From: Caecitellus pseudoparvulus
Lineage: Eukaryota > Protista > Bigyra: Bicosoecida
Assembly (NCBI GenBank): GCA_965644315.1
Contig: CBFFRQ010000013.1
Coordinates: forward strand, 620,001 to 684,000
DNA: 64,000 nt
Direction: 5' to 3'
Positions 9,169-19,813 of this stretch are shown piece by piece. Each line of letters opens with the position of its first letter. Position 1 is the first letter of the stretch. The notes under the pieces are model-generated. The model was not told the DNA's origin. It saw nothing but the letters and a program-made list of their open reading frames with translations, and did not search any database. Both the position numbers and the translations under genes were made by a program.

Positions 9169-11298
9169 ATGCTCCCGTCCCGGACTGCCAGGCGGGCTGT
9201 AGCCTCTGCAATGACTGGGTGCCAAGGGCAGGCTCCGCCAACAGGAATTGCCATGTCGCCCTGTGTTTCGCGGTTTGGCCGAGGTGCCGGGGTCCTGCTA
9301 GCGCCAGCTGTTTTCGCGGCTGCCGTGCACGCTTCTGCGTCAGGCGCTGCCCATGCGTCGGCGGAGAAGACTGAGTCTGGACGCTCCATCATGCAAGCTG
9401 CCTTTGGAAAGCTGGTGAACCTGCTCCCGCCAGAAGCTGTCTTGGCTGCTGACGCCTTGGAGGCTGCGGATGAGGCCCTGGATGGAACGTGGACGGACCG
9501 TGATGCTGCGGTGCTGCCCGTCGCCCTCACCGCCACCTTGGTGGCGCAGGAGACGCTGGATCGGCGGCCATATGGTGTGGATGGACTGGACCCCCTCCTG
9601 GGTGAAAAGAGCCTGCCGTTATCAGTCGCACACGAGCAGTTCTTACACGCCCGGTTGGCCCACGCTGTGTACGCCGGCAACGCCAAAGGAGTGGCGGCTG
9701 CCTGCCACCTCGCTTCCGATGACATCCTGCAGCCTCCACGCCGCCCTGCCTGCGACTCCCTCGCGCCAGCCTACTGCCTTGGGGTGGACCACGTCAGGCG
9801 TCAAATTGTGCTTACCGTGCGCGGCACGGCAAGCATCCAGGACATAATCACCGATGCCTGCGGCGTCCCGGCACACCTCACATGGTCCCGCGGCGACAAG
9901 GAGGTCGCCTCGCATGCAGTGCACTCTGGTGTCGCGCGTGCAGCAGCCGCCATTCTCATCGACTCTGCCAAGGGCATCGTGCGCGCCAGGAAGGACTACC
10001 CCGACTACGCAGTGGTCCTAACCGGGCACAGCCTGGGGGGGGGTGCCGCCGCCCTCTTGGCCTGGATGGTGAACGGGCCCAACGCATCAGCCGAACCCGC
10101 CCTCTCTCTGCCTGCGGCCTCCTCTTCCCGTGTGCACCACACACTGTCATCCATCGCCGCGGAGGCCTCGGCAGCGCAACCTGCAGCAGGCCACCCAGGC
10201 CCAGTCCAAGCCCTGAAGGGGTGGGTGTCCGGGCTTGTTGCCCGCAGGAGCAGCAGCGAGGCAAAGGCGGGGGACGACGCGGCTAAGTCCAAGCCCAAGA
10301 CGTCCACCGTTACCTGGCAGGGCAAACAGCTCCTGGAGGCTCGCCAGCAGTGGCGGGAGGCGCTGGGGGGCCAGGCGCTGTCTGCGACGGTGTTCTGCGC
10401 TCCCGCGTGCGTCGAGGCACCTCTTGCCCAGGCCATGGCCCCCACAGTCACGTGCGTTGTGAACGGCCATGACATTGTCCCACGCATGCACCTGACAGCG
10501 CTGGAGCTGCTGCGCCGGGACATGGCGAGGCTGGAGTGGCACGAGGACATGCGGGCGGTGCTGCCACTGCTGCTGGAGGAGCTAGGACCCTTGCGGCCCG
10601 TGCTGGAGTCAGCTGTGGCTGCGCTGGGGCGAGGGAGTGGCGCGGAGGGTGGGGAGCGGGCGCCAGAGGATGACTTGCAGGCGACGGTGCGGCGACTGGA
10701 GAGTCACCTGCGCGAGTGGGCGGAGGCTGTGCGCGCCTCGCAGCCTGGAGACAGCCCCATGCTGGCGGCAGCACGGGCTTTCACTCCTCCAGGAACAGTG
10801 CAGCACGTGGTGTACCCCAGTGAAGCTGCCCGCACGCCAGAGGAAGCTCTTGCCGAGGAAGAGGGAGAAGAGGGCGGCTCGTCCAAGTGGCGAGTGGCAC
10901 CCGCCCTTCGTGCGTGGCTGTCCCCGCCTTCAGAGGCCAAGACTAGCGGGGACGAGCCTGCTCCAGAGCCAGGCGCCCCAGCGCCATTCTCTCTCGGCCG
11001 TCTGTTCGCACAGGCCGCGACGGTGCCCGAGGGTTTGGCTTTGTCGGAGGACTCGAAAAGCACCTTGGACGGCCTGCTGGCTCGATTTCGGCAGGTCGGC
11101 AAGCAGGAGGATGACGATAAGCCCAAACTTGTGGGGACCCCCAAGCCCACCATTCCCTGGCCAGCAGGGGCTCCTGCGGGACCTGCGGGGGCAGTGCAGC
11201 GCCTCGTCATCTCCAAGCACATGTTGTCAGACCACCGCATCGAAGTGGTCATGGCGGCACTGGCCCGGGCTGCAGGCCATGCCCAGCGCAAGCAGTAG
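9169..11298 (+). CDS. Class 3 lipase (diacylglycerol-lipase-like alpha/beta hydrolase)
   Basis: IVLTVRGTASIQDIITD, VHSG, nucleophile elbow VLTGHSLGGG, NGHDIVPR (Asp) and MLSDH (His): complete triad. Start codon uncertain. Confidence 0.85.
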   Translation: MLPSRTARRAVASAMTGCQGQAPPTGIAMSPCVSRFGRGAGVLLAPAVFAAAVHASASGAAHASAEKTESGRSIMQAAFGKLVNLLPPEAVLAADALEAADEALDGTWTDRDAAVLPVALTATLVAQETLDRRPYGVDGLDPLLGEKSLPLSVAHEQFLHARLAHAVYAGNAKGVAAACHLASDDILQPPRRPACDSLAPAYCLGVDHVRRQIVLTVRGTASIQDIITDACGVPAHLTWSRGDKEVASHAVHSGVARAAAAILIDSAKGIVRARKDYPDYAVVLTGHSLGGGAAALLAWMVNGPNASAEPALSLPAASSSRVHHTLSSIAAEASAAQPAAGHPGPVQALKGWVSGLVARRSSSEAKAGDDAAKSKPKTSTVTWQGKQLLEARQQWREALGGQALSATVFCAPACVEAPLAQAMAPTVTCVVNGHDIVPRMHLTALELLRRDMARLEWHEDMRAVLPLLLEELGPLRPVLESAVAALGRGSGAEGGERAPEDDLQATVRRLESHLREWAEAVRASQPGDSPMLAAARAFTPPGTVQHVVYPSEAARTPEEALAEEEGEEGGSSKWRVAPALRAWLSPPSEAKTSGDEPAPEPGAPAPFSLGRLFAQAATVPEGLALSEDSKSTLDGLLARFRQVGKQEDDDKPKLVGTPKPTIPWPAGAPAGPAGAVQRLVISKHMLSDHRIEVVMAALARAAGHAQRKQ

Positions 11299-11581
11299 CA
11301 CCAAAGATTCTTAATTCAGCCACACAGAGCAGAATGTCCGAGAGCAGGCGGGCAGACCAGAGTCCCGCGAGCACCCAGCGTGCAGACCCAGGCCGCGAAC
11401 ACAATGCGATGGTGCGCACGTATAGCGCCCGGTACAAACTTTGAAGTTGTAGCTGCTGGTGTTCAGGGAATGGGCTTGCCCGGCCGGCCCTTCTTGCCCT
11501 GCGCTTCTAGGCTCGGTCCAACCCTGCGGAAACTGAACCTCAGCACCACGCCGAGCAGACGTGCCCCGCTCAGCCCTGGAC

Positions 11582-12979
11582 ATGGCGGCAGGGCACGGCA
11601 AAGCGGGCCCCAAGCGCCTCAATGAAAGCACATGTTTGAAGTTCCTGGAGCAGTTCCAGGGCCGAGTGGTGCTGTTGGTGGGCCACAGCAGCGGGGGCAG
11701 CTACGCTGACATGCCTACCGCGCTGCTCGAGGCAGATGAGGTCGGCGCTCGATTCAGCCAGGCAGTGGAGGCGGGGGCCAGCCACAGCAAAGCCCTCGGC
11801 AAGGGGGGATGGTGCATAGTGTATGGCGGTGATAGGCACGACTCCAGCCGGCCCACGATTGGGAACATCGTACAGCACCTGCATGCAGAGTGGGGCGCGT
11901 CTGTGCTTGCCGTGCAGCACATTTTTGAGGCAGACAGGGGCGGAGTGCCCGACTTCTGCAGTGCAGTTGTCTGGCATGGCGATCCCTCGCAGGATCCGCC
12001 AGTGTATGCGGGGCTTGACAGCGACGGGAAGCCCCGTGGGGCGACGGCGCTGTACTTGGGCCGCGCATTCCTCAGCCACTTAGCGGGCGTGGTGGCATTT
12101 GGCGGTGGCAGACTGGCTGCCCAGGAAGTCCAGTATGCCGTGCAAGTGGGCCTGCCTCTCAAGTACGTGCCATGCGCCCCAGCCTCGGCACCAGGCTGGG
12201 GCGCCACCCACGAAGCACTGCTTGACATGGGAGTGACTGTAGATGTGGCGCCGGGCCTGGCAGGGGACCCCTCCGAGGCAGCACTGCGCGAGGGGCACGT
12301 TTCAGAGGAAACTCTGGCTGCCGTCAAAGCGGAGCTTGTTGAGCTGGGGGCGGAGCAGTGGGCAGCCAGGGCCAACAAGGCGTTTGTACCTCCCAAGCTA
12401 CTGCCTGACTCCCGCACGTGCATGACCATGCACCAGCCCTGGGCCAGCTTGATGGTGCAAGGGTACAAGCGTGCGGAAGGCCGTGTTTGGACGCCGCGCC
12501 CCCCCTTCACCGGTCGTCTGTGGATCCACGCAGGGGGCAAGGTGCCAGAGCCAGAGACTGTCCTTGCGGTGGAGGCACAGTACAAGGCGTTGCTCCTGGC
12601 GGCGGGCGTGCCCGAGGAGGAGATACAGCTCCCACCAGTGTACCCCACTGGCATGCTCATTGGCAGTGTGGATATTCCGGCAGTCTTGCCCAACGCAGTG
12701 TACAGGTCAGCGCTGGTGGGACAAGTGCCTCCCTCCGTGTTGGCGGAGAGCTCTGCTCCGTACGTGTTCTTGTGCCAGAACCCCCAGGTGCTGCTGGAGC
12801 CCATTGCCATGCCCGGCAGTTTCAAGCTGTGGCGTCTGCCCAACAAGGTCTGGCATCAGGCTCGGGAAGGGTGTGAGCCAGCCTCCCCGCCAGAGCCAGT
12901 CGCCTTCCCCCCCTCCGTGGCCACGCTTGGACCCCAGGCTTCCGCAGGGGCGGCTTCAGAACCCCACAGCGAGACGTGA
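11582..12979 (+). CDS. SLOG-like Rossmannoid domain fused to an ASC-1/TRIP4-type ASCH domain
   Basis: C-terminal ASCH: CMTMHQPWASLMVQGYKRAEGRVW...GRLWIHA...YPTGMLIGSVD...YVFLCQNP...MPGSFKLWRL. N-terminal part: VVLLVGHSSGGSY...IVYGGD...TIG...GVVAFGGGRLAAQEVQYAVQVGLP. Single intronless ORF. ASCH is confident; SLOG is moderate. Confidence 0.75.
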   Translation: MAAGHGKAGPKRLNESTCLKFLEQFQGRVVLLVGHSSGGSYADMPTALLEADEVGARFSQAVEAGASHSKALGKGGWCIVYGGDRHDSSRPTIGNIVQHLHAEWGASVLAVQHIFEADRGGVPDFCSAVVWHGDPSQDPPVYAGLDSDGKPRGATALYLGRAFLSHLAGVVAFGGGRLAAQEVQYAVQVGLPLKYVPCAPASAPGWGATHEALLDMGVTVDVAPGLAGDPSEAALREGHVSEETLAAVKAELVELGAEQWAARANKAFVPPKLLPDSRTCMTMHQPWASLMVQGYKRAEGRVWTPRPPFTGRLWIHAGGKVPEPETVLAVEAQYKALLLAAGVPEEEIQLPPVYPTGMLIGSVDIPAVLPNAVYRSALVGQVPPSVLAESSAPYVFLCQNPQVLLEPIAMPGSFKLWRLPNKVWHQAREGCEPASPPEPVAFPPSVATLGPQASAGAASEPHSET

Positions 12980-13205
12980 AATGCAATTCCTTCTACTACT
13001 CTTCTCTCCTTTGCCTCACCCACCCATCACCCTGAATGCATGAGGTAGTTAGTGTGCCAGCTCTCTAGTACACCAACCCGCTCAGCAAGTAAGGCCCGTC
13101 ACCTTCTCTGCTCCCCGCTCTCACGCCGGCAACCCGCGATCGTCCGCGGGCCTGTTCATGTTTAAGGTAGCCCCTGAGGGTTTCCGGCAGGTCGAAGGCG
13201 AACAA

Positions 13206-16196
13206 ATGGCGGCAGCCCCAGCAGCAGCACCCGTGCAAGGTGGCACGGAGGGTGAGGAGCTGGCGCAGCCAAAGCTGGTGTGCACGACTCCGCTGAACGT
13301 CATTGGTGTCCAGGAGTGAGTGCATGGGAATGCGATGCAGGCCATTGTCATGGCTACGTGGACGTGCCTTCCTGCGGCATGCACGCTCTGTTTGAGTGAG
13401 CCGGCAGTTCTCGGAAATGTCTCCTCCTTCCACCACCACAGGCAATCCCCTGTTGCATGGAGCGCCGACGGGCAGCACCTGGCGTTTGTGTCCGGGAACC
13501 ACTCCATTTACATCTGTGCCTGGGCGCCTGAGGCTGGGCGTTTCAAGGTCAAGACGCTGCTGAACGGCCATCGCATGGTGGTGAAGTGCCTCACCTTTCA
13601 TCCAGGGTGAGCTTCTCGCACTGTGGCCCGCCCGATGCACCTCCCTGACAGCACCACCCCCTCTCGACGCTTCAGGAACGCCAACCAACTGCTGTCAGGT
13701 GGCATGGAGGGCATCATGGTTTGGGACGTGCAGGAGGCCAAGGTCGTGCACTCAGTGCCCACCGCACCTCCAGCCGTCAGCGGCACGTCATACCATCAAG
13801 GGCATGAGAGCGACGTGGAGGTGCTGGTGTGGGCGTATGGCGGCACGTGTCTGCTGTCAGGGAGCAAGGACAGCAACATCAAGGTGTGGGACGTGCAGAA
13901 CGGCTTCAAGGAGCTGGAGACCATCTTCGGTCACAAGGCTACAGTGCTGGCCCTGACCATCAACGAGACTCGACACACCCTGGCCTCAGCTGGCCGCGAC
14001 AGCACCATCAAACTGTGGGACATCTCCTCCCTCCAGCCGGGCATGCGGGCCCGTCGGTCGGATGACAGTGGTGTGCGGGTGAACCTGTTGGGGAACATGG
14101 ATGGTCACAGGGGTGACGTGACGTCCCTCGCGTGGAGTCTGACGTCCCCCGTCATGCTGTACTCGGGTGCCAGAGACAACACCATCAAGGCGTGGAACGT
14201 GGAGCTGCAGACAGAGATCCGAGACGTAGAGGACACTGGTGCCGGCACGGCAGGCAAGCACCGCGGAGATGTGCGCTCGCTGCTCGTGTTCCCGCGCCCC
14301 GGCGGCGTGCAGGCGGCACCCCCGGGAACGACCATCCCCAGCAATGCCCCACCCGGTGTGGAGGGGGGGGACGTCCTTGTCACTGCCTCCCTCGATTCCA
14401 GCCTGAAGGTTTGGTCTTTGGTCGGAGAGACCGACGCCCCCACGGCTCTCAGCGTGCCGGCTGTCACAGCTCAACCAGAGGAGGGCACCGAAGGGGACGG
14501 CTCTGCAGCCGCAGCGCAGGATGCAGCTTCCACCCAAGAAGTGTCTCCAGCCCTGGGCGGCGGGGGGGATGATTGGGACGCCAACACAGGCGCCATCCTG
14601 GACCAGATCTTGCACGGCGGCTCCACCGCTGAGGCGCTGCTGGGGTCCACGGATGCCCCGGATCGTGTCTGCTTCACCCTGCCTGCATTCAGCGAGGACG
14701 GCGTGTACGCCATGGCGGTGTCCCCCGCCGGGCCCATAGCCGCCATTTCTTCATCCCAGAACGCCGTCGTGCTCATGCGCATCGAGGGCATCTTCGGCGG
14801 ACACATTGCCCCTCTGCAAGCCTTCCAAGGCCACAACAACCTCGTGGGGGACGTGGAGCTCCTGGAGGACGAGTCGTCCATCGTGACGGCCTCGTCTGAC
14901 AATTTCGTCGCCCGCTTTAACATCGACACGACAGAGGTTGCCTCGCGGTTCGGCTTCGGCTCAGCCGTGCACTGCCTCTCACTGGGATCAACATCCACGG
15001 GGCCGGCCACAGCGGAAGGATCTGGCGCACTGCCTGCGCCGTTCGTGTTCGCTGGCGGTGCAGACTATGTCGTGCGGGCCTTCAGCTCCAACCAGGCGGA
15101 CTACGGGCCCATGGAGCAGGCGTACGCGGCCGACTGGGCCAAGCGGCAGCAGCCCGGGTCCCCGCGCATCCCCCCACACAACTACGTGTGTGCGAAGTAC
15201 GAGGGGCACGTTGGGCGCGTGGAGGCAGTGGCGGTCACGGAAGATGGCAACACCATGGTGTCAGGAGCCCGTGACTTCTACATCCTTGTGTGGAACCTGG
15301 CCAAGCGCCAGCCCAAGGTGCCCACCGCCATCTGCAGTGAGTCTGACATTCCCTCTTACGCCCCCTCCGCCCGCATTGAGGCGCACTATGGTCACGTCAC
15401 CGACCTGCGGTGGTCCTTCACGGCGTCCCCTGCGCTGCTTGCCTCTGGTGGCAACGACCACGCTGTGAAGGTGTGGAAGGTCTCCTCGGGCATGTTGGGC
15501 AAGTCTATCTCCAGCGTGTGGGAGGCGTCAACAGTGGGTGGCTCCGGGCACGATGGAGCTGTGTCAGCCGTCACGTGGGGCAAGCACGCGTCCGGCCAGC
15601 TGCTGTTCAGCGCGGGGTGGGACAAGCTCATCAAGGTGTGGGAGGGCACCACGGGCAAGCTGCTGGCGAACTTGCGCGGCCACACCTCCCGCATCACTGA
15701 CCTGGACACCTCCTCAGACGGCACCAAGGTGGTGTCCTGTGCTGCGGACTTCACCGCGCGAGTGTGGTCCACGTCCGACCCCTTCACGTGCCTCGCCCTG
15801 TACAAGTCCCAAACCGCCGACGGCGGCATGGCGTCCATCTCTGCCGGCAATGCCAAGTTTGTGACGGCCTCAGACAACGGTGTTCTGCGTGTGTGGCCCA
15901 TCTCCTCTGAGGGCGAGCACGCGTCCTTGTTCTCCGCCGGACAGGCGGTGTCCACAACCCCTGGCCCTGTCACGACGGGGCTCGTGGCGCCAGGTGGACA
16001 AGCGCCTACCCCCGTTGCCGTTGGTGGCTCGCCTGCTGATGGTGCAATGGGCGGTCCTGCTGCAGGCATGACGCCGGCGTTCCCAGGCAGCGAATCGGGC
16101 TTCCCTGGCGCGAAGGCGCTGTCGAAGGCAGGCGAGGCGGCTGACGGCCACGGTGACACGGCCCAGGAGACCGCCGCCGGCTCATGGCAGCAGTGA
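13206..16196 (+). CDS. Large WD40-repeat protein (probably a double beta-propeller)
   Basis: Many GH...WD/WN repeats (GHESDVEVL...IKVWD, GHKATVLAL...IKLWD, GHRGDVTSL...IKAWN, GHTSRITDL...ARVWS). Two 5' GT-AG introns join MAAAP...VQE / QSPVAWS...FHPG / NANQLLSGG. Confidence 0.85.
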
Positions 16197-16305
16197 GCAG
16201 CATGGGGATGCACGAGACACTCGAGCATCCGTGCACTGTGCGTGGAATGCAAGCAACGCAGCAGTCGGCACAACAATCGTGCATTGTTCGCAGCTGTGGG
16301 GCAGT

Positions 16306-17072
16306 CTACATCAAGGCGTCTTCCGCCCGCACGTACTCCCCGATGTCCGCTTGGTGCAGCACAACGGTGCCAGTAGGGTCCATTTCTTGCGCCCTTTCTG
16401 TGCTTTGCGCTGCGACGCCGAAGCCCAGTGGCGTCTCGTTCATGCTGAGGATGATCACGCCAGCATTTGCTGTGATGCCCTCCGTCATGCGCGCTAGGCC
16501 AGACTTGACGATATGGTTCCCATACAAGAATGTCATCTCTGCTGAGGGCTTGACCCACACTTTGTGCTGTGAGGTGCGGGGAGCGGGGGTGAGGGGGGAG
16601 CAGGGTGATGCCTCTGGCACTGGCTGCCTTACTTGTGCGTGCTTTGCGAGCAAGTCCAGCGCCGTGATGCGCAAGCGGAACTTCCCAGACTTGGTAAACT
16701 TCCCGAAGCACGTGCCCATGAGAGCCAGGTTGTCTCTGGCGATGTTTGTTGCCATGCGCATGATCTTCTCGCTGCGAAAGGGGAGGTCGCTCGTGTGAAG
16801 TGTGCACCTCGCGAACACTCGATTTCCGCACCACGCCGGGGCTGTTGCGACGGACCTGACGTAGTACACTCGCTCGCGGTGCAGCCGGAAGCAGTACCGC
16901 TCATCAGACCTGTCTAGCAGCGCCTTGATGTTCCTTCCAATGCTGAGGGGGGAGTGAGAGGGCAAGTGTCACCTGTGCCGCAGTTCTGAGCTGGCGCAAG
17001 GCGAGGCAGGCCTCACAACTGTGCCAGCTTCTCAAAGAAGGTCCTGGTCTCCTCGTCGGTCAGGGGCCTCAT
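16306..17072 (-). CDS. NIP7: 60S ribosome subunit biogenesis protein NIP7
   Basis: [16 protein letters not shown]; [13 protein letters not shown]; [21 protein letters not shown]; [17 protein letters not shown]; [12 protein letters not shown]. Three introns, including 16855-16772 and 16632-16567. Confidence 0.95.
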
Positions 17073-17409
17073 TTTCAGACGTTAGATGTGTTAATCGGCT
17101 TCCAGAAGCCTCCGAAGAAGTCTCTTTCCACGCCTGGCTGCCTGGCAAGGCCCAGAGGTTTCCGTTTCTGTAACCCAGCGAGAAGCGATTGCACTGTCCG
17201 ACACGCCTAGCTCTGCCTGCAAGGTGGAAAAGCAGCAGGGAGGTTGGTGGATGGTCGGGTTGGGGTGGAGGGGCGTTCATTTTGCCTTCGACTCCACAAT
17301 GTGCCGCGTCTCAAGGGGCGGGGTACAGAAGGTAGCAGCAGGTTAGGCGACCCCGACAATCCCTGTCCCCCACATCCATAGGCAGGCATCATCCATGGTG
17401 CCTAGCAGC

Positions 17410-18628
17410 TCATAATCTGCGTGATCGGGGGTCATGGGGGTGGCTACTAGCCGGGTACTGTCCTTGCATGTCTGCACCTGACCCAAGTGCCGGCCCCACG
17501 CCGCCTGGCTGAGCAACGCCCTCCAGCACACCCGAAGCCGCCTCAGCCATGAACAACAGCCCAGAATCATGATCCGGAGCGGTAAAGACCGTGTCAGAGG
17601 GGGGTGGGCGAGCAGAGGCCGGTGGCGCCTGCCTCTGCTTGCGCTCCAGTCGCCGCACCGTGTCCCGCGCCTCCCGCTCACAGCCTAGCAGAAAAGTGTG
17701 AATGCTTTGGGACTTGTGAATGGCAGCCATATGCTGCTCCAGTAGCGCTTGCTGGCGCTGGCGCAGCGCCACGAGCAAGTCCAGGCGCTCCTGATACTGC
17801 CGCTCGGCCAACTCGCGGTGCTGGACGGCGAACTCGTAGTCCAAGGTGCCCGGCGCCGCAAAATGGGCTGGGACAGGGGGGGCGCTCTCCGTGCATGGCA
17901 GGGGGTTGGTGGGGCACGCAACTGGTGCGGACGGCATGCTGACGCTGACGGGGCAGAGCGACGTGCCTTGCATGAACATGCCCTCGGAGCAGATGTCCAG
18001 CACAACAGCCGCGCTGTACTTGCGGTCGAAGGTGACCCAGCCCTTTCCAGTCGCCAGCGGCTCTGTGGGGGTGTGCAGCGGGTGCGGGGACACGCCTTGG
18101 TCCACCACCTTGCCGAACTGGGAGAAGCCAGACTGCAGGACGGAGGCGGTCGTGGCGGCTGTCAGGTGGTCCAAAGCCAGGGTGGCGGTTTGCAGCGCCC
18201 ACAGCACTGCCAAGTCCTTTCCATGTGGCTCTGGGTTCCCTTCGCCCGAGATGTCCAGCTTCATCCTGGCATTTGTGAGCAGCGCTTTGGCTCCTTTCGC
18301 CGCTTCCTCGCAGGAGAACGTAAGAATGCCGAAAGGACTCCCGCTTCGACTGCCCCCAAATACCTGCAAGATGATCACCAGCAAGGCGGCCATTGCCTCG
18401 GCAACTGGGACCTGCATTTTGCTGCGGCAGCGAAGCAAATACCGCACTCACAGCTGCATTTTCAATGAAGTTGGCGTGCGGCTCAGACCTGCGCCGGCAA
18501 GTTATGCGCACGAAAGCAACAAGTCGCTCAGGGGAAATGGTGCGGGGCAGGTTCCCGAGCCACAGGCTTCTTCCATGCACAACGTGGTGTGTGTGAGCTG
18601 CCTTGGCTTGGCTATCGCTGGCTGCCAT
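17410..18628 (-). CDS. Two-RRM protein with NOPS-like and coiled-coil region (DBHS / NONO-SFPQ-PSPC1-like)
   Basis: RRM1 SLWLGNLP...PFGILTF, joined by intron 18451-18364. RRM2 TLALDHL...FSQFGKV...TGKGWVTFDRKYSAAVVLDICSEGMF...PVSV. NOPS-like HFAAPGTLDYEFAVQHRELAERQYQER, followed by a coiled coil. Confidence 0.72.
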
Positions 18629-18775
18629 AGCGACGCTCTGGCTGCAGAGACGCCTGCAGCAAGGCCACGTCAGCGAAGAGACGCACCTCACACTGTGCAT
18701 GCTCTTGCTATCCTGCAATAAGCATTTAGGCAATTGCTCAGTCTGCATTCACATGCTGGCTTGCGAGCTGCTTTC

Positions 18776-19813
18776 TCACGGCTTCACGTACACATCGAAT
18801 CTGACGGCACGTGCAGCCACACTGAAAGAGGGCTTCTGTGGCAGGGATGGCGCCTGCAGTGTTTCTGCGCCCTTGGGGCGCTTGAGTACCACTCTCTTGC
18901 GTGCGACCTCCCAGGCAGCTGAGGCGGCAGGGGCCACCATTGCGTCCGCGGCACACGCAGTCTCCAAGCCCTGCGACACACAAGCAGCTTGCATAGCGTC
19001 CTGGAGCACGCGCCCTTGCTGCACCAAGCTAGAAGCCAACACAGCCTCCTTGATGTGCTGTGCATGTGGCAGCGGCAGGGAGTCTGCAAGCCCTTGCGCT
19101 GCCAGCGCTTGCAGCCACTGGGCGTCGGCTTTCACCGCTGCTGAGGACTTGCCGCGCGGCGGGAACATGCCGTCAATGTACACCACATCCCATTCCTGTG
19201 CCGGCACTCCGCTGGCAGCCCACAGCAAGCTGCCTGCGCCGCGCAAGACCTCAGACGCGTCGCCCTGCCGCAGGCTGCGCACCCGCCCCCCAAGCGCTGC
19301 GGCAGTGGGCGCATGCCCCAGGGCATCATCAAGGCAAGCCAACAGTAACTGGCAAAGGAGCGGGTTCAGCTCTGACATGTCAACGGTGGCACCTGCTGCT
19401 GCAAGCGTCGCGGCATCGCGACCCCAACCAGCCATCGCGTCCAGCACTGAGACCTGCTTGGCCCCACCAGCCCCACACGCCTGCACGACCGGAGGTGGCG
19501 CTCGGAGTACGCTACGCAAACGGCTGGCAGTAGTTCCTGACGTCCAGCGGGCGAGGAATGGCGGTGGGGACTTGCCAAGCTGAGCGCAGTCCACCACCCC
19601 AGCCGGCAATTGGGAGCCGCCCTCGTGCACCAGCTGGAAGCGAGGCCAGAGAGCCGCTGTATAGGGTGCTTCAGAAGTACTGTGACGAACTCTCACAACG
19701 CCCTTGGATGCAGCGCAGTGGTGTGCAACATACGCAGGCAGGCTTGGCAGCCGCCCAAGCCATGCACAGAAAGGCAGCGGCTGGCCAGCCATCGGCGCCA
19801 CACGGCGCAGCAT
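18776..19813 (-). CDS. RsmJ/YhiQ-like SAM-dependent rRNA methyltransferase
   Basis: VLDAMAGWGRDA (motif I), DVVYIDGMFPPRGKSSAAVK, ARKRVVLKRP and RFDVY match the RsmJ pattern. Intronless, with an Arg-rich, acid-free N-terminus. Confidence 0.8.
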   Translation of the reverse strand: MLRRVAPMAGQPLPFCAWLGRLPSLPAYVAHHCAASKGVVRVRHSTSEAPYTAALWPRFQLVHEGGSQLPAGVVDCAQLGKSPPPFLARWTSGTTASRLRSVLRAPPPVVQACGAGGAKQVSVLDAMAGWGRDAATLAAAGATVDMSELNPLLCQLLLACLDDALGHAPTAAALGGRVRSLRQGDASEVLRGAGSLLWAASGVPAQEWDVVYIDGMFPPRGKSSAAVKADAQWLQALAAQGLADSLPLPHAQHIKEAVLASSLVQQGRVLQDAMQAACVSQGLETACAADAMVAPAASAAWEVARKRVVLKRPKGAETLQAPSLPQKPSFSVAARAVRFDVYVKP

